64,000 bases of DNA from Stylophora pistillata (Eukaryota), in assembly GCF_002571385.2 (NCBI RefSeq), contig NW_019217955.1, positions 243,384 through 307,383 on the forward strand. Reading direction: 5' to 3'. The notes under the pieces are model-generated. The model saw nothing but the letters and a program-made list of their open reading frames with translations. It did not search any database and had not been told where the DNA came from. This document shows, piece after piece, positions 62,517 to 64,000 of this stretch; within the stretch, counting starts at the first letter, position 1; each line of letters begins with the position of its first letter. Made by a program: the position numbers and the translations under genes.

Positions 62517-63069
62517 AGTGCTACTGCGACGAAATGTTTTCTGGTGTTAACTTCGCAATTAAACCCTAAACTATAGGAATAAGCGTAAGTTTCTCAAATT
62601 TGACAACGTTATTCCTTGAAAACAGCGCCGCGAAGACATTAAAAATTCTTCCGCCAGCCCGCGAAAATAATCACAGCGGTTTTAGTTATGACGTCATCGA
62701 CTCACTTCGACAACGTCGCGAAGGCATGCCTTTACAAGAAATACGCAAAAGAAAGCTGGGGAACAATTATTTCGAATTTTATTCCTTCTTTCTTGCGGAA
62801 CCAGAAAAAAATCCTCTCTCGGCATACCAAATTAGCCACGTTTGTTGAGTCGTTGACGTCACTTCCGTTCTCGACCGAATTTCTTCTTCATCGCGCGGAG
62901 TTCTGTAGTTCGAAGAATTGCGGCCGTTTAGATCGCGAATCTACTGGGAAAATAATATTACTTCTCGATGGAGTTTTGCATTAAGATAAGTTAAATTTGT
63001 TACTTAGGGTGAAAGAAAAGGTGCATTTTTAGAGAAAAGAAAAGGTGCATTTTTGGCCGCAGTAGCCCT
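62517..63069. mobile_element. Non-autonomous TTAA-TSD DNA transposon (Kolobok-like) nested in the Penelope element
   Basis: TIRs AG(T/G)GCTACTGCG..(a)AAATG; TTAA at 62513-16 and 63070-73. Confidence 0.85.
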
Positions 63070-64000
63070 TTAACGTTGGCTAGTAACTGACGTAGTGTGG
63101 TTATGGGTTTTCGGGAGACGCGGATATTGAAGGGTTGTAAGATGCGCGAGATGTTCTCAGACATGCCTTTTATGTACGGTATGGTTGCTGTAGTCGTAGG
63201 AGTTGCGGTGTCGTTTGTTTCGGTAGTAGTAGTGGGTCGGTCAGTGTTTCGTCGGATGAAGTGGTCGTTGTAGTTGATCTTTGAAAAAACACGGTAAAAG
63301 AATTTGTTCTCGTCGGATAAGCTTTTTGTCGTGTTGCATACTAGTTGCTCGCATCGTGTTAGAGTTTTGATAGTTGTGACTTTGTGTGATGTAGGGTTGT
63401 AGGATGACTCGTCTAGTAATCTGTCGGTGTGTGTCGGTTTCCTCTAAACTGTTGTCCGTAGCGAGTTGTCGTCATGGCTTACCAGACAGTCTAGAAAAGG
63501 AAGTTGCCATTTTCTTCGACTTCTCTGGTAAACTGTATGTCAGTGTTTGCCCGTTGAGGTGGGGTAAATGCGTCGATTTCGTCGTGTCCTAGGGCGGTGA
63601 ATGTACCGTCAACGTAGCGTAACCAAAGCGGTATCGTGTGTGGGCAAGTCGAAAGGGCCCGTTCCTCGATGTTCTGCATCACAATTTCTACCACAACAAC
63701 AGAAACCTGAGACCCCATGGCTGTGCCGTGTAACTGTTTGTAGTGTTTATCGTTGTACTGAAAGTAAGTTGACGTTAGGCAAAGGTTCAGTAAGTCCGCA
63801 ATGTCGTCTGTCGGTAGCGTTAGTGGGTCGGTAGATTGTCGGAGTGCAGTTTCAGTACATTGTAGTGCCAATTGAAGTGGAATACTTGTAAACAACGATT
63901 TCACATCAAATGACAGTATTTTGTAGTCGTCAGGCATCATTTACTGCACTAATAGCCTCTATTCGGCACCTAAAATGCACCGCATCTAAAAATAATTTAA

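Larger units (their letters stand above)
61904..63949 (-). mobile_element. 5'-truncated Penelope-like retroelement in intron 3 of LAAO copy 3
   Basis: RT motifs SFDVKSLFTSIP, YKQLHGTAMGS and WLRYVDGTF (63491-63940). TSD TAAT(T/A)GCCTCT at 61893-61903 / 63950-63960. The site is empty in copies 1 and 2. Confidence 0.92.

Overview
Repeat-rich animal genomic DNA with spliceosomal introns, about 38-40% GC by eye and three N-gaps. The repeat families look like those of anthozoan/scleractinian coral genomes, but the taxon is my inference. The host-gene core is a same-strand cluster: three tandem 4-exon flavin L-amino-acid-oxidase (LAAO)-family genes (two complete, one running off the window end), an intronless-CDS MSOX-family oxidase, an internally deleted pseudogene copy of that oxidase, and a 2-exon relic of an SLC6 transporter. 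The oxidase motifs match Streptomyces NikD (piperideine-2-carboxylate -> picolinate) better than animal PIPOX. The main hypothesis is an animal metabolic gene cluster converting L-lysine -> delta1-piperideine-2-carboxylate -> picolinate, the precursor of the marine-invertebrate betaine homarine. The genes are embedded in about 11-13 partial, same-orientation copies of an unclassified ~2-kb module that may supply promoters and first exons. The rest is nested mobile DNA: a Polinton/adintovirus relic whose Bro-N gene is split by a Gypsy element, a Harbinger element with a nested LINE, a BEL/Pao element and a Penelope element (with a hammerhead ribozyme and a nested TTAA MITE) in LAAO intron 3, a Crypton relic, and tRNA-derived SINEs.
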